64,000 bases of DNA from Raillietiella orientalis (lineage: Eukaryota). The notes beneath the pieces are model-generated. The model had not been told where the DNA came from, made no database searches, and saw only the letters and a list, made by a program, of their open reading frames with translations. Where the stretch lies: positions 3,286,001 through 3,350,000 of the forward strand of contig JAYWIR010000012.1 of NCBI GenBank assembly GCA_036172245.1, in the 5' to 3' direction. Position numbers and translations under genes: made by a program. Below, in pieces: positions 24,445-38,352 of this stretch (its first letter is position 1; each line of letters starts with the position of its first letter).

Positions 24445-27400
24445 CTATCTTTCTCTTCTGCCCAGCGTCCGCGCCGATGCATCTCCTTCACCAGCGGGAA
24501 GGGACGCGCTCCCGAACCCTCTTCTCGGAGAGATCCCGCAGCACCCCACCGTTATCCGGAGTTTTTGCCAGTTCGGGACCGTTGAGACTCCGCGGGGAAG
24601 GCAAGAAACCGGGAGGGAGGCATAGGCGGGAGGAAGAAGGGAGTGATCGGCGTCCCGTGGGAGGAAGACGGCCATGGCGACCTTCCTCCTTGCCTTCCCC
24701 TCCCCCTCGGAACCTTGGGGAGCTCCAGAAGTTCAAGGAGTGGCTCTTTGGACGAACTTCTCTGGTTGTCTTGGAGGAGAGATTCCTCCCTCCTTTGGAT
24801 TGTGGGCACAACGTTCCTCCTGGAGCCTCCTCTTCCTGGTCTCTGCTACTGCCGATCCCTCAGGCGTCCTCGTCCGTACTCCTCGACTGAGAAGGACGTT
24901 CCTTTGTAGGTGAGCGCGCAGGGGTGGCAATGCACTACTCCTTCCTCTTTCGCCTCCGAGAGGCTCATCTGGGGGCATCCGGGATCCTACCTTCCTCCGA
25001 GAAGTGACCGGAGTCCAGCCTGCGAGTAGAGGGAGGTATCCAGAAGAGCAAGCTGGCAAGGGAACGAGGGGGAGACACGGGGGGCTCCGATCCCACTGGC
25101 GAACTGTCAGGGGGAAAGGGAAGATGGAAGGGGGAGGGTTGCTGTGGCAGCCGAGCAGCTCGATCCCCCTGGACCCTTGGGATTCTCTGCACGGCGCCCA
25201 GGAGGCTCCCGCTCGCCGCCTTCCCAGTAGAGGAAAGGCAGAAGGCGTTGCACAAAGGCGGTCGTGGCGACTTCCGCCCTTTCCAGGAGCTCCTGGGACG
25301 ACGAGGGCAGCGGGACCTATGAGAATAGGGGGAAGAAAGTGGGGAGTGAGGAGAAGAAAGGAAGAGTTGGGGTTCCCCTTGGCTACGAGGGGGAAAGAGC
25401 GCGGTGGGGACTCCTCTCCGCTGAGAGCATACCTTCGTCATCCGAGGAAGCACAGGGATGCCACACAGGGTGGAGAAGTAGACGGGGAGGCCACATCCCT
25501 GGGGAAGCTTTTCCGGAGGGGAAAACGAAGGGAGAGTTTGCCCCGTCGCAGCAGAGCTCTCCGGGAGGAACCACAGAAAAGGGTTCCCTCTCGGCCACAT
25601 CCCAAAAGGCGCGAGATGTCCCGCGCGACCTTGAGGGTTCCGGACAGACCCTCCCTACCCGCGACAGGGAAAAGGAAACGCGGTGAAGGAGGAGCCGAAG
25701 ACCGCTATCCCCCTAGGCGTCTCCAGAGCAACTGCTTCCTCCTGTCCAAGGTCTCCCTCCGGCGGGAAGAGACCCAGGGACCGGTCCGCAGGGTATCTGG
25801 AAGGGAGTGAAACCCAGAGCCGCCCTCCCTTCCTCTCCCTTCTCCCTCGGGCCCCGGATCCGCTCTCCCTGCTCTCGCCAGAGTCGCTTCTCGGGGTCTT
25901 CTGCATCTGCTCTAACCGGAGGTCACCGCGGGTGCTGTCGCGACTGCTCTTCCCCTCTTCAGGTGCGAAACACAGCCGGTAACCGGCCTCCCCGGCGCAC
26001 CTGGAGGACACAGACCTACAGAGCCGGTGGAAAGGCCCTTCGGTCTTCTGCGCGAGATCCGGCAGGTCGGATGATGTTGGACCGCGCGACCCCCCAACCA
26101 CCGATCTCGAGTAGCCAGGAGAACCTCCATAGAGGAGGGAGACTCCCCTGAGTGGACAGGTCAGCAGAGAGCATCTTCAACTGCCCTCCTCTCCTCCCGC
26201 ACTCAGGGTCCTCGGTCTGGATTGTAAAAAAGCTCGCCACCCTTGCTGCCCTCTAGAAGTCCGGCCGGGAGGAGCGAGAAAGACCCTCTCAGAGTGATCC
26301 AGCGTCCGACGACCTCGAATTCGAAGCTCAGGGGAGAGGCGGCAGAGTCCAGGGGATAAGAAGAGGAGGAATAGAGGGCCCATCTCTTCAGCAGAGCTCG
26401 GCCGCTAGAATGCTGAGGAGGGCAGACCCTTTCCCTGGAGGGCAAGAGGATCCCGCCTTGTCCTCAGGAGATCCAGCTGCTTTTTTGGAGGGAGAAGGGG
26501 AGTAGGATAGGGGGAAGTAGAGGGGGCAGAAGGGATAGATCGATGTTGGGGCTTGATGGGGGTGGGAGGGTTATTTTTTCTTCGGCAGGGCCGTCTTTCA
26601 TCGGCGCGATGGGTAGGGACGCCGCCGCAGTGCAGGGCAGCGGCGGCCGGTGCTCCTGAGCGCGCGCCAGCCGCCCCAGCGCGGTCGTCGCCCCTCAGTC
26701 TTCGGAAGGACAGGATCCGACCTGCTTCCTGCAGACGCAGATCTGAGCCACGGAAGGGGAAAGGGCAACCGCCGCCCGTCTTTCCGCGTGGGGCGACGCG
26801 TGCGCCCACGCGCGCGGGGACCTCAGGCAGGAAGGACAAGGGTGCCCGGCTCAGGGACGGCACCGAGGTTGCCCTCCTCCACCGCGTGGGCGGCAGCATC
26901 TGCCTCAGCCGGCGGCTGTCGAAAGAACCGAAGGTCAAGACCGCGCCCTCTTCCCGCTCCCGTCGTCTCATCTTCGAAACGGCGGCTCTTCCTACAGGTG
27001 ACGGTGAGCGGACAAGGGTCGATTCCTAGGGTGGGTCCTCTTCTGACAACGGACGGGACGAAGAGGATCGGTTTCACGGAAGATGCTGACCGACCCCAGA
27101 GAGCTGCAACTCCCGGACAGGCCACCTTCCTGCCTTCCTTCCGCAGGACCCTCTTGTCCCGGCCGAGGGCAGAGGCGCGAGCCACCAACGAACAGAGCAA
27201 CGCGCCCTCTGAGGGCGACGGCAGCTCGCCCTCGCTCACGACGTGGGTCCGTAAGGCAGATTCCTATCCGGGAAAGGGTGTGAATCCCGACGACGGTCCC
27301 GAGCAGCAGCAAAAGTAGGACTAGAAGTCCTCCCGCGAGCGCGCCAAGCCTGAAGTTGACTCGCCGGAACTCGGGTAGGGAGCGTTCGCGCAGCTCTGGT

Positions 27401-28599
27401 GGGACCGGGAGAGGACATCTCGGACTGGGAGTGGGGGAAAGTCACCTTGGGGGGAGGGGGGAACGTCCTCAGAAAAAGCTTCCGGGCGTTGTCTTAGGGG
27501 AGGCAGTCTCGGAGTCGTGGGGGGAAAGTACAAGATCATCGGTCGAAGGGATGCCCCGAAGGGAGCAGCACCTCGGCGACCTGGAGGCGAGCGGCCAGCG
27601 ATTGTCCTTCGAAGGCAGACCCACAGGCAGTAATTCCAGGCAGGGTGGAAAGGTGGCAGGCTTCCAGCAGGGATGGGCGTCCGCTCGCGAAGGAGCAAAG
27701 GAGGGGGGAGGGAGAGAAATCCCAAGAAGGAAGGGGAAAACCGAGCGGTTACTCAGGGGCACCGTGAGCTCTCCCGTATTCCTCCCATCCCCTCCTTGTC
27801 CTCCTGTCTTCCCTTTCGGAAGCGATCTGGCTCCCGGCGCTCTCTTCCTGACGGCCCAGCGACCTCGCTGAAGCCAGCGGGAGGGAAGAGAAAGGAGGAG
27901 ATTCGTTACCTTCAACAATGGCTGTTTCGGATAGGGAAAAAGGGGTAGGGAGATCGGTAGGTGGGGTCACCGCCCTTTCAGGAAGGAAAAGCTTCCAGGA
28001 AAAGAAGCGGGAATATGGGGGTGTCGGAAGCGCACGGAAAAGGAAGAAGGACAAGACGGGACTCTTTCCAGGAAGAAGGACAACACAAAAAGGGAAGACT
28101 AAGGAGAACAACAGCAAAAAGGACAAAGAGTTTCCAGCGCCTTCCAAGAGGAAGCGGGAAGTCTCGTCACGCTGGCGGACCCCATGGAAACGTCCTCGTA
28201 GGGCTTTTATCTCTCACGGAGTCCAACAAGAAGGCGTAAGCTTCCGTCTGCGAAGGGGAAGAATAAGGAAGAGGGAACCGAAGAGATCCTCTCCTTTTCC
28301 CCCACACCAGCTCTCCCGTGGGGTCCAGGAACGGCAGGTCAAGTTGGTTCCCGCTACTGGAACCCCCTCGTAGAACCTCCCATGGCTTCGCTCCCTGTCC
28401 TCAGTGAGTGGAGCCATGGGAGGAGGGCGGGAAGGAGTTCCAGTAAATGGGAGGGAATGCTCTCCGGCTGCACCCCAGAGGGGAGGATTCTGAGGGGACT
28501 GAGGGACGGAAGGAAAAATGGAAGGGAGGAGAGGAAGCAAATGAAGACCTCAGCCTCTCCGCTCATTCCCGTTAGGACGCCGCAGCTGCTGTGCGGAGG

Positions 28600-29000
28600 C
28601 TCTGCTCTCTTTGCCAAGAAGCTCAGCTGCCGCATCAACAATGGTCGTAGACCTGCGCTTGAGGGTCTCAGAATCCTACGAAGAAAGAATTTTTTTTCTT
28701 TTCCAGGAAATTCTTCAAAACGCTCGAATCTTCCAGCTCTTCTTCGCTCGTTCCGATGCGCCACTACTTCATAACGAAGTAGTAAATGCCGCAGGCGTCA
28801 CAGGCAGGGACTCTCTGTGGGAGGCGGGTCACGTACGGCTGCTCCTCGCGGAGACGTCTGATGTCTCCGTCGCGCTTCAGATACAGCCGAGCGAGTTACG
28901 TGGAGGTGCATGCCCTCTTCCTCGCCGTTTGTCCATTGTCGAAGACAGCTCTCCGATTGTTGAGCCACTTGCAACAATACCGCATCCGCTCTACTGATTG
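28600..29000 (-). mobile_element. LINE ORF1 (gag-like) remnant
   Basis: A stop-interrupted frame GIYYFVMK*...NFLEKKKNSFFVGF*DPQAQVYDHC*CG resembles the Tx1-type ORF1 RRM-to-zinc-knuckle junction. A related stretch (gtccacgaccattattgatgcggca on the minus strand) recurs near 31400. Confidence 0.4.
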
Positions 29001-32000
29001 TCAGGCTACTTGCAACAGTGCAACAGCTTCCCTACTGATTGTTTCGCACTGGGCTTTGCCTGAATCTCTGTCGGTGTCCCAGCAGCTCAGAGCCGCGCTG
29101 TCTCCTCGTGCAGTGCATTCGACACCGAGTCACGTGACAGAAAAGCAAAATCAAAACAATTCAGCACTCACACAAACAGCAGGTACCCTTCGTGGCGCGT
29201 CTCCCTCACTAGCCTCCTCCGGGGACGATGGCCTTCCGAGCGGCACGCGCTCCCTCAGATGGATGACTCACTCGCCCAGAAATCCCAAGGCGGAAAAAAG
29301 GCTGCGTGAAGGCGCGGAGATGGGAAAAGAGGGAAGACTATGGGAGGGAGATAGCGTGGAAGCTTGATGTAGGGGACACTGTGCCGCGCTTCCCGGTTCT
29401 TCTCCCCTCCCCTCCCCCCCCCCTCAAATTCCATTGCGGAGCAACTCGATCTCATTTGGCTCGAGTTGTTTGTTTTCGGACTCGACCGCTCTAGAAGAAA
29501 GAAAAGGGGAAGGGAGAGAAAGGGGGGGCCGAACCCGCGGGACGTTCTGCCTCATTGGAGCGGGAGGTCCCCGATCTCCCTGCTGCTCTCTCCCTTCCAC
29601 AGTTCCTCGGAACACCTGGACGTGCCTCCCTTCGTCTCCCCCGTGCGTGCTACCGGGAAAGGGAAGGGGAGTGGGCAGTCCGCCCCGCGCGATGCGGGTG
29701 ACCGCAGAATTCCTTCGGAGGCAGGCGGGGGTGGAGCTTTCCGAGGAGGCGCACCGATGGAGCCCGTGGTTCTACAGGGACTCTCCTTGTCCTCCTTCCC
29801 GCCGATCCTACTGAGGCGCGTCCGCGATTCTCGCTTGCAGCGGGAACAGCTGCTGCATCGACGGGAGACGGGGACGGAGGGGGAGGGAGGTGGGGAAAGA
29901 CGAGCTCCCACCGTCGGCTGGCTCCTCCGAAAAACGTGCGCGACGAATCGATTCCCGAAGATGATGATCCGATGCCGCTGCGAAGCGCCTTCCCGGAGGG
30001 TAGTGAGCCCCGAGCGGCTGGCATGCCGGCGAAGGATGGAGTCTCGGTCCCTCTGAGCCGCGTCTCTCCCTGACGAGAGAATTTCTTCTTTCCTTTCTTC
30101 CCCCTCCCTCCTTCTCCCTCTGCAGCCGCGTCCGCCTTTCCTCCTCCCGGAACGATAACTGCGCGCGGAGCTGCCGACATAACAGCCACATGTTACATGG
30201 TCCGGAGGAATCTGCATCTCAGGGATCCGATAAAATCGGCGAAATTCGCTCCGAAGGGAGGCTCAGCTGCTGGTAACTGCAGGTCCTTCTCGGAACACTT
30301 CTGCCCCTTTCGGGAACTGGGAGACGCGCGTTCGTCCTGCTCCTCACGTCCCCACGTCTTTCCTCCCCCCCCCTCCCCCCCATCGTCGCCGCTGAGAGCT
30401 CGCGATAAATCTGCCTCAAGTGGCGGGAACCAGTGCCCGTGACGTCACGTGGGAAACAGCGCACCCCTACCCTTCAGCCACCTCCCCGGCGCTTCCTTCC
30501 TTCCCACCGCGGCCTGTGCGCCCTCGTCTTGGCCACCACTCGAGATCCAGGTGGGAAGGGCGGAGGAGGGACAAAAACTCGACCCCGTCAGGAAAGAGAG
30601 GGTCTTTCCACCCTCGACCGCTTTTTTTTCCCATCTCCTCCGCCCCTCGACTGATTCCCCTCCCCTCTCCCCTTCCAATCTTCTCCCTTTCTCCATTCTG
30701 CGAATCCGCGGGAAGAGGAGGAGGAGAGGAGGAGCCAACAGAGACCCTCCAGAGTCCAGAGAGCGTCCATCCCACCATCCCAGGCACCCTGTCCTCCCCT
30801 CCATGTGGAGTTCGCAGGATGGTCATCTGGCCTTCCCCAAGGCGGCCGGTACTGCGGGAGGAGGCGACGGCAGCTGGCTTGCTCCGCTGAACGGGGACGG
30901 AATGGGGGTGGAGGGTAATCGCATTTCTTCCCCTTTTTTCACTCCACCTCCCCATCCCCACGAAATCTCAGTGGCGCGCCGGAGCTCCTGGCGGCGGGAC
31001 CAGGAGCGAGGAAGAAGGCGGAAGCTGCAGTGACAAGGGAAGAAATGACCATCACTCGGGTCGGGAGGACTCTTCTGCCTCGAGGCTCTCTGCCCGTCGA
31101 ACGAGCAGGCAGGGCAGAGGGCGCCCAGGGACGCGCGCTGCCCTCATGAGCGGTCGCCGATGGAGGGGTCTTTCGGGTCTCTGTGCTGCTCCCTTCCCCC
31201 GCTGCCACTACCTTCCAGGAGGGTCACGGGGACTCGGGAGCTTCAAAGAGCAAGGGAGGGGAGAAGGAGCCAATGATCGCGATCTGTCCCCTCTTACAGA
31301 AAGGACGCATATCCTGTCCTGTCGCCCCGGAAACCTGCAGACGGAGAGCTCATGTCCGCGCACACGAGCACAGCCTCCTGGGGGACTAGGGACTAGGTGC
31401 CGCATCAATAATGGTCGTGGACGTGAGCTGGTGTGGGAGTCCCGAGGGGCCTTGGACGGGGAACGGATCCTCAGATGTTGCTCGAGATCCGCAGGGAGGG
31501 AGGAGTCGCCACTGAGTCCACTCTTTCCAGGATCTTTTTCTCCCTCTTCCTCCCTCCCCTTCCTTCCCGCCTTCTTTGGCCTGGGTCGCGCTCAGAAGAG
31601 GGAGAAGAGTAGTAGGTCGTAGGAGTGGCTGTGATGGAGAGACGGACAGGCGTGCGTTCCCGGTCCGCGGCTGCAGCTGCTGCCCAGCGCTCCCCTCGGA
31701 GGAGCTCTAGGAAATCAACCAACCGGAGCGAAGAGGGAAATAGGAAGTGGGAAGGGAGAGAATGGTGATTGCGATCCCCCCCCCTCCATCTCCGGTTGCA
31801 TCCTCACTCTGTAAATGAATCTACCTGGGGAAGGGGGGAGCACACCGATTCCTTAGCTGCCCTTCTGGAAAGCGGCCACGAACGTCAGGGATGGGCCTGG
31901 ATAACGCCGAAAACCCTCTCTACAATCTCTCCCCTTCCCCTTCGTCGTCGTCCTCCTCCTTCCTCCTCCTTTGCTTTTCATCTTTCTCCCCTCCTACTCC

Positions 32001-33449
32001 AAACTTCTCGTCTCCCCTTCCGTCTCCACCGCCACTTCCACGAGCACCCTGCGGCGCAGCCACCGTGGCCCTCACGATGGTCCCCACAAAGGCCGTTCGC
32101 GGTGCTCACTGAGGACCACGCGTGAGCGAGATGAACGGTCGCACAGGAGCAGAGAGCGCGTGTGATCACCCCAATGGTCGTGGGAAGGGCGGCGTGCTGG
32201 TGGCTGGGCTCAGCCTCCCTGCTTTCGCGGAGGAGCATCGCGAATGGCGTCGGCAGCTTCGCGCACCTCTGCGCACGCCGCCGCGAGGCGCTTCTTCGGT
32301 TACCGCAGACTGCAGGCTGGCGGGTGGAGAGGTTCGCTCTGCAAATGAGCGGCCGCCACCCTGCTGGTGCAGCGATGCGCTAAGAGGCGGAGCCGACCAG
32401 TCTCCCGGATACTTTCTTCGAAGAAAAGGGAAGAGGGAGCAAGGGTAGGGGTGCGCGAAAGGCGAGGGGCCGGGACAAAGGCAGACAGCTCTGTCTGCCG
32501 CCCCCCTACGAGCCGCTGTTCCCGCCTGACGGGCCGCCGGCCCTCTTCGGACAGTATCAATCTCGGGATGCACTCACCAGCGCAGGAGCGTGGTGGTCGG
32601 CATGGAGCGTCATCCAGTGGGGAGCAGGTCTTCTTGTTGGGGAACAAGAGGGGAAGGGGAGAAGAGGGACGCCTCGTTTACCTCAGGAGTCGCCGATGCA
32701 AGACGGCGGGGTTTTCTTCCTCACGCCCCACCCTCTAAGGGAAGGCCGACTGCATTTGGTGAAGATGGCGGCGAGAGCGGCTTTGTGCGCCAGCGTCCCT
32801 TCCTCCTCCTCTTCCCCTCACCCCACCCCCTACCACTCAGGGGTGTATTTAGAAGCCCGGAAGGCCTGCGAGAAACGCACGACCGCCTGTTCCTTGTAGG
32901 TCCTGAGCTCATGGCGTTCGATGACGTCAGAGTGCTCGGGCTGCTGGAAAGGGAAGCTTCGCCCTCTGCTGTGGCGTGCGGGCCGACTGCGGCAGTGCCG
33001 ATGAGAGTGTAGGCAGGGCAAAGACGACCCTTTCCCTTCTCTCGCTCCTTCCACCTTCCTCTCGCTCTGAGATATGCACATGCCCTGGCTCACGCCCCAC
33101 CAGAGAGGTCGCCGCCTCCGCTACGGTTCTGGCCGTGACCCCAGCACCATGGCTTCCCGTGACGCCGGGTAAGGTGGGTTCGAATGCGAGTCTGCTTTCC
33201 TGGATGTCTGCGGCTCTGTGCCAGCGAGGTACCGCCATCTCTCTTCTGGGAGGAGACTCGGGGAGCGTCGCTCTTCGGTGCCTACGGCTGAGGTTCGGCC
33301 AGAGGGCCCTCCGCGACTTTCCCAGGTAGGTGATCTGAGCAGAGAACGCAGTCCCTTGGTCCATCGAAAAGCAGGAAGGTCGGCTGGACCAACTTCGCCT
33401 TCGGCTCCTTCCTTTCTTCCTTCCTTTCGGCTCCTTCCTTTCTCCAGTG

Positions 33450-33830
33450 GGCGGAAGTCTCTTTTCCCGGAGAGGGCGTGGGCGAAGATTCCTGTCGCTT
33501 CTGAGCCGAGATCGTTCCTGAGGACGAATGCAGAATCCCCCAGCGTAGGACGGGAGACACCGCGCGCTGCCTCGACACTTCGAAGGCTGACCTTCCCATC
33601 CTGATGGGTCCTGGAACCGAGGGGCGAACACCGATTCCGTGTGCCTTTGGAAGGGGACATCGCGCGGCTCCCGAAGAGCTGAAGCCGAACTGCTCTCGGC
33701 GAAAGGGAGCGCTCTGATTCCCAGACGATTCCCGGAAGTCCTCTTGTGCCTCGGATACATTGCATGCGGACGCACGGGAAGGCTGCTGCTCCCGTGCCCT
33801 GCCAGGTGATAGAGCACCCGTGTTGCACTC
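33450..33830 (-). mobile_element. LINE ORF1 remnant
   Basis: RLGIRALPF ... LPSYAGGF resembles Tx1-type ORF1 motifs (RVTVRNLPF ... IPSYL.IGG). Confidence 0.35.
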
Positions 33831-34059
33831 ACTCCTTGTGTTCATTCAGACGAGGTTCCTTTCGCGTTCAGCTGCAAGAAGTGTTGCGCACACCGCCTCC
33901 TCCGCAGCAAGAGCAGCACCTTCCTGAGGCGGGAACTTTGACACCCAATCACTCCGGACCAGGCACCCGACAGGTCGTCCAGCACCCAAAGAGGGAGACC
34001 TGCGCCGCCAGAGCAGCTGGTGCCCCACCGCTATCGTCAGCACCAGCATCGAGCCTCTC

Positions 34060-35260
34060 TCCAAGGTGAGATTCCCCACTTGCACGTACCAAGGTGTGGA
34101 TCGTAAGAGTGGGACAGCTGGAGGAAACCACCCCAAAGAACACCCACCGGGTCGAACCATGGATGCCAACTGCTCTACCCACACAGGCTGCGGAAAGGAG
34201 AGGCCGCGGCCTCCCTCTGGGGGTTCTGCCAACCGGGGTCCCAAGGGTCGTCCCGAAGCGTTCCCAAAGGGGTCAGAGGGCAGGATAGTCAACAATAAGG
34301 TGGAGGAGGGACTCCCGCTCCCCACACCTGGCACACTCAGGATATACGCTCCCCCGCGTCCAGTGGAAGCGGCGTGCGTTGCAGGGAGACCCCAATGCAA
34401 CAGCAGCAGCGCCGACTCTTGCCATTTCAGAGGGAGAGTCCTGGATTCATTCAACACTCGGGGCCACTTCAGCTCATACGTCGGGATGCCGAGCAGCTCG
34501 CCCCATCGCAAAAGTCCACGCAGAAGGACACTCGGGGTCGTGGCGTCCGCCAGCTATCCCATGGTCCAACCGCTTAATTTCTTCTCCCTGCCTGCGATCC
34601 GACAGGAGACTTGCCACTTCGGCGTCCGGCTGCTGAAGAGGGTCCTCCGTAGGAAGGGCAGAGCCGTAGCTAAAGGAGTCGTCTCTGCCCACGTGCTCCT
34701 GGCGGGACACTCCAGAATGGTCCGCAGTGAACAAGGAGCGTTGTTAGAAAAACGCAGGCAGTTCCAGTTGTTACTACCCGGATGATTTATCTTCGCCCAC
34801 GTCCCAACAGATTCCTTCAGCCATGCGGAGGAGTTGGAGGGGCCACATTCCATCCAGCCGTTTTCCTTGGCCAGTGAGACCATGCGTCCGAAGAGAGGGC
34901 TGCATCTTCTGATCTTCCGGCCGGGGCACAAAAGATGAGAAGCGAGTCTTTGCGTCCTGGATACACGGCTGGCTAGGAGGCGGGCCGGAACGCATCAAGG
35001 AGTGCTCCACAACTTCGCTGCGATGGCCATGGTGTGCCATCGCAGCTGGATTTCCAAACGCTCCAGCGTCAGGAGGCCGAAACAGCCATCCCGACGCGGA
35101 GCGCATAACGCGGGCGTTGCGAGCGAAGGGTTTTGGGCTGCTTCGTCCAGGTGCTCCTCCTCCGTCTTCCAGAAACGGTTCGGCTTCCTCAGCCGGCTGC
35201 GCTTCCTGTGGCTTGAGGCGAAAATCACGATCTCTCCTTCCCACTGGAGGAGCTAAGGTC
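34060..35260 (-). mobile_element. Tx1/L1-like LINE ORF2 C-terminal fragment (copy T2)
   Basis: ALCAPRRDGCFGLLTLERLE (L..P...GGLG motif) and LPLKWQESALLLL (shared with T1). Zinc finger CARCGERES...HLIVD near 34280-34335. Confidence 0.75.
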
Positions 35261-35321
35261 AGGCGGGGAATTCGGCAAGGCTTGATGCTCTCCAGTCGGC
35301 TTCCCGTCCAACTCCGGGGAT

Positions 35322-36635
35322 AGCCCGCGCTGACAGCCGTGTGGCTGCTGCCTCCACACAGGCCAACGTCGCAGGTTCGAATCTCGCCCGGGAAAGGATC
35401 GAAGCCGAGAACGGAGGATGCGTCATGGGTTTCGAATACCCCCCGCAGGACGACACGGGTTGGCCTATTCGGGTGCAGCGGCACTGGAGGAAGCTGGAAA
35501 CCGTATGCCCTTGTTGACTGACCAGGATTGGAAGTTGACCCTCCAGGGTACTTCCAGGAATCGAGGAGCGCCAGTTCCCATCGGGGTTCCCCACTGCTTG
35601 TGAAGGTGCAGTCGCCCCTCCCCTCGAGGGGAAAGATCCTCCATCTCGTGCCATGGAGCTGGTGGATCGATACCTCTCCAGAGTGCAGAGAAGAGCGCTG
35701 CTCTCTTCGGGGAGCGCCCTTCTGAGAAAACTGGGAAGCATCCCTTCCGAGTTCTCTTCAGAGGTGGAGGCAAGCAGCGATTCCCTTGCAGGGTTCCCTC
35801 TGGAGAAGAAATGAGCGGCCCTCACAAACCGGGGAGTCCCTCCGGAGAGAACAAGGAAGAGTTTCTTCCCTTCAGGGTTCCCCTACCAAGCGGAAGAGGA
35901 ATGGTCTCCTTCCTCGGGAGCCTTCTTGTATCCATAGGGTGGTCCCTCCGGGTCATCCCCTACAACTTGAAGAGTTGAGCTCACCCTCTGGTGGAATGGG
36001 CAGTGCTTAAAGAGCTTCGTGAACCGTCCACAAGGAAGAGAACGACTCTTCAGTTCTTAGTTGACCCTCCGGGGTCCTTCCAGGAATCAAGGAGCCACTT
36101 CCCTTCGGGGCTTCCCTCCGGTTCTGCAAATGAAGCCGTCCCCCTTTGAGGGGAACCCTTTTTCGCATACCATGAATTTCGTTGATATCCCTCTCGGGGG
36201 GTCGCCTCTCCGGAGTGTAAGAAGCACACTGCTCCCTTAGGAGAGCGCCCTCCAGAGACAAATCGGAAAGCGTCCCTTCTGGGTTCCGTTCAGAGGAGGG
36301 AACAGGAGCGAATCTTTTCCAGGGGGTTCCTCCGGAAAAGGAGCAGATCGTTTCCGGATTCCCTCCGGAGAAGAACGAAGAGCTGCCTTTCCCCTCCAGG
36401 AGCTCCCTCCGGAGGGAATAAGGAAGGGGTTCCCTCCCAAGCGTAAGAGGGTCGGGATCCGTCCTCCGGAGCCTTTCCTGGATTCATAGGGTGGCCCTCC
36501 TCCTGGAACGTGGGATCCTCTCGAAGAGTCGCGCGTCCCCTCGGGTGGCGTGGACGGCGTGAAAAAGCTTCGTGAGCCGTCCGCAAGGAGGCGAACGGTT
36601 CTTTAGCACTCCTTGGGAATCAAAAAGAAAGAAAC
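35322..36635 (+). mobile_element. tRNA-headed SINE-like element, copy B, with internal ~530-bp tandem duplication
   Basis: Head has GGTTCGAATC at about 35374 and a second motif near 35428. The body unit repeats at 35534 and 36060, and the element has an A-rich end. Confidence 0.7.
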
Positions 36636-37269
36636 GGAAACTCTCGGTGTAGCGGCCCACGCCGAAGACTTGCTATTCCCGGCGCGGACCCCAGGAAAGA
36701 CACTCGGAGCGCTCCTCGGGTTAACTCGCAGGGACGCCGGCCTGCGGGTGGACATGCCGGAAGTACGAGATCGTCGCCTTTGGCGCAGCAACGGATGGGG
36801 ACTGCTCTTTCTTAGGATTTCCCCATGGGAGGGTCCCCAACTCACCCAAGGGGACCCGTAGGTTGGTTCTCCCCGAGGGAGGTTCTCCGCTCTGGTCCGC
36901 CTGCATGGAAAAGGCGTAACGTTCCCTGATCCTCTTTCACGGCAGCGAACGGTCGTTCCCCGAGAGGGAAGCAGAGCGGATCACCTTGGTCCGCCCCTCT
37001 CTTTTTGGCTCTCCCAGGAGGGGCTGTTGGGTGTGCCGTCAAATCGCCTGCCTGGTGAGCCGAGCCTCTGCGGGATTCCACCAGCTCCAAGGTGGTCCTT
37101 CCGCGCCACTCGCCCAGACGACTCCTGCCGCCGACGGATGCAGACGCGAGCGCCGTTCGGGCGGTTGGTCCTGCGGAGAACCGCTGGTGTCTCCCTTCAG
37201 GCAGCCGGCAGGCAAGGGGGGCGGGGTCCGCTTCACCCTCCTCTCCCGATCGCGTCGCTGATGGAGGAA

Positions 37270-38352
37270 GAAGAATGAATGTCCTGCCACCCACTGAGCG
37301 GGAACACTTGTCGGCGGCAATCCCTGCGAACGTGGGGGAGTATGGGGAGTCCAACCCACGCCATCAGTCTTCTGGGAAAGCCACCTCCGCAGGGGTGGTA
37401 GGCTTCGTGTACCCGCTCCCCAGATCTCAGCATGTGACCATTGAGGACGTCATGCTTCTACCACTTTATCGTTGGGATCAGGTGGAAGAGGATGCTCCTT
37501 CGACGTGAGAGGTGACCTGCCACTCCTCCAGGGTCACGATCGACTAACAAAGCCATGCAAAAGGACTTGGCCAAAAGCCAGCAAAGAAGAATGGAGTTCC
37601 TGGGGGTTCCCAGGGGGAACTTGGAGATCTCATGCTTTCTGCTGGGTGCCTCTGTTCTCCCTCTCCGGTGCCAGCAGATCGCCATCTTGCTGGTGCACTG
37701 GACGTTCGTCTGAAACGAGGAGCGCCACCACCCACAGCGGAGAGAGAACCCTAGAGATGTCTCCACCGAGGGACAGCGGAGACACCCCCACACACACGTA
37801 CTTTCGGCATGAGGGGGCGAGAGCGCATTGCCAAAGGGCAGTCCAGTTCCTCGATGCCGCTCCGTAAGACCTCTTTCGAGAGATGGGCACGTCTCCGGGC
37901 TTGCCGATCGCTGGCGATGCTCTGCCGCGCGCGAGGGACGGTGACCCCGCCAAACCGGAGGAAGAAGGGTCTCAGCCGAGACCTCGGAGAGTCATGCACA
38001 GTGCCATCTCCTACTTTCGAGGGGTGGTCAAATAGCTCCATGTGGGAATTAGGTTACGGGGAAACCTTCGCGCGCTCATGGGCAGGCTGAACTCCATGAA
38101 CCGGTGAGAGCACCCCACTACCTTTCCCTGTCCGAGTCAGGCTCTCGGGAGTAAGTGGAGCACCGTGAGGCCGATCCATCCAATCCCCTATTTACTAGAT
38201 TTATTCCTTGTTCCCTCCTCCTCTCCTTCCCTCCTCTTTAGTTCTGCCCCTTGCGAAGGCAGTCCCTTTGGGTTGGGCCCATGCATGTCGGTCCTATGAC
38301 CGTGGAATTTGATTTTTTTATTTGAAATAAACGAACCGACTATCCGGAGGGC
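37270..38352 (+). mobile_element. Decayed LINE fragment with related 3' end (copy T7)
   Basis: LPPTEREHLSAAI...SSGKATSAG resembles the pre-RT motif (EERESLE.PIT...SGKAPG). It ends in hairpin cggtc-ctat-gaccg (38289-38302), a T-tract and AATAAA (38326-38331). Confidence 0.45.
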
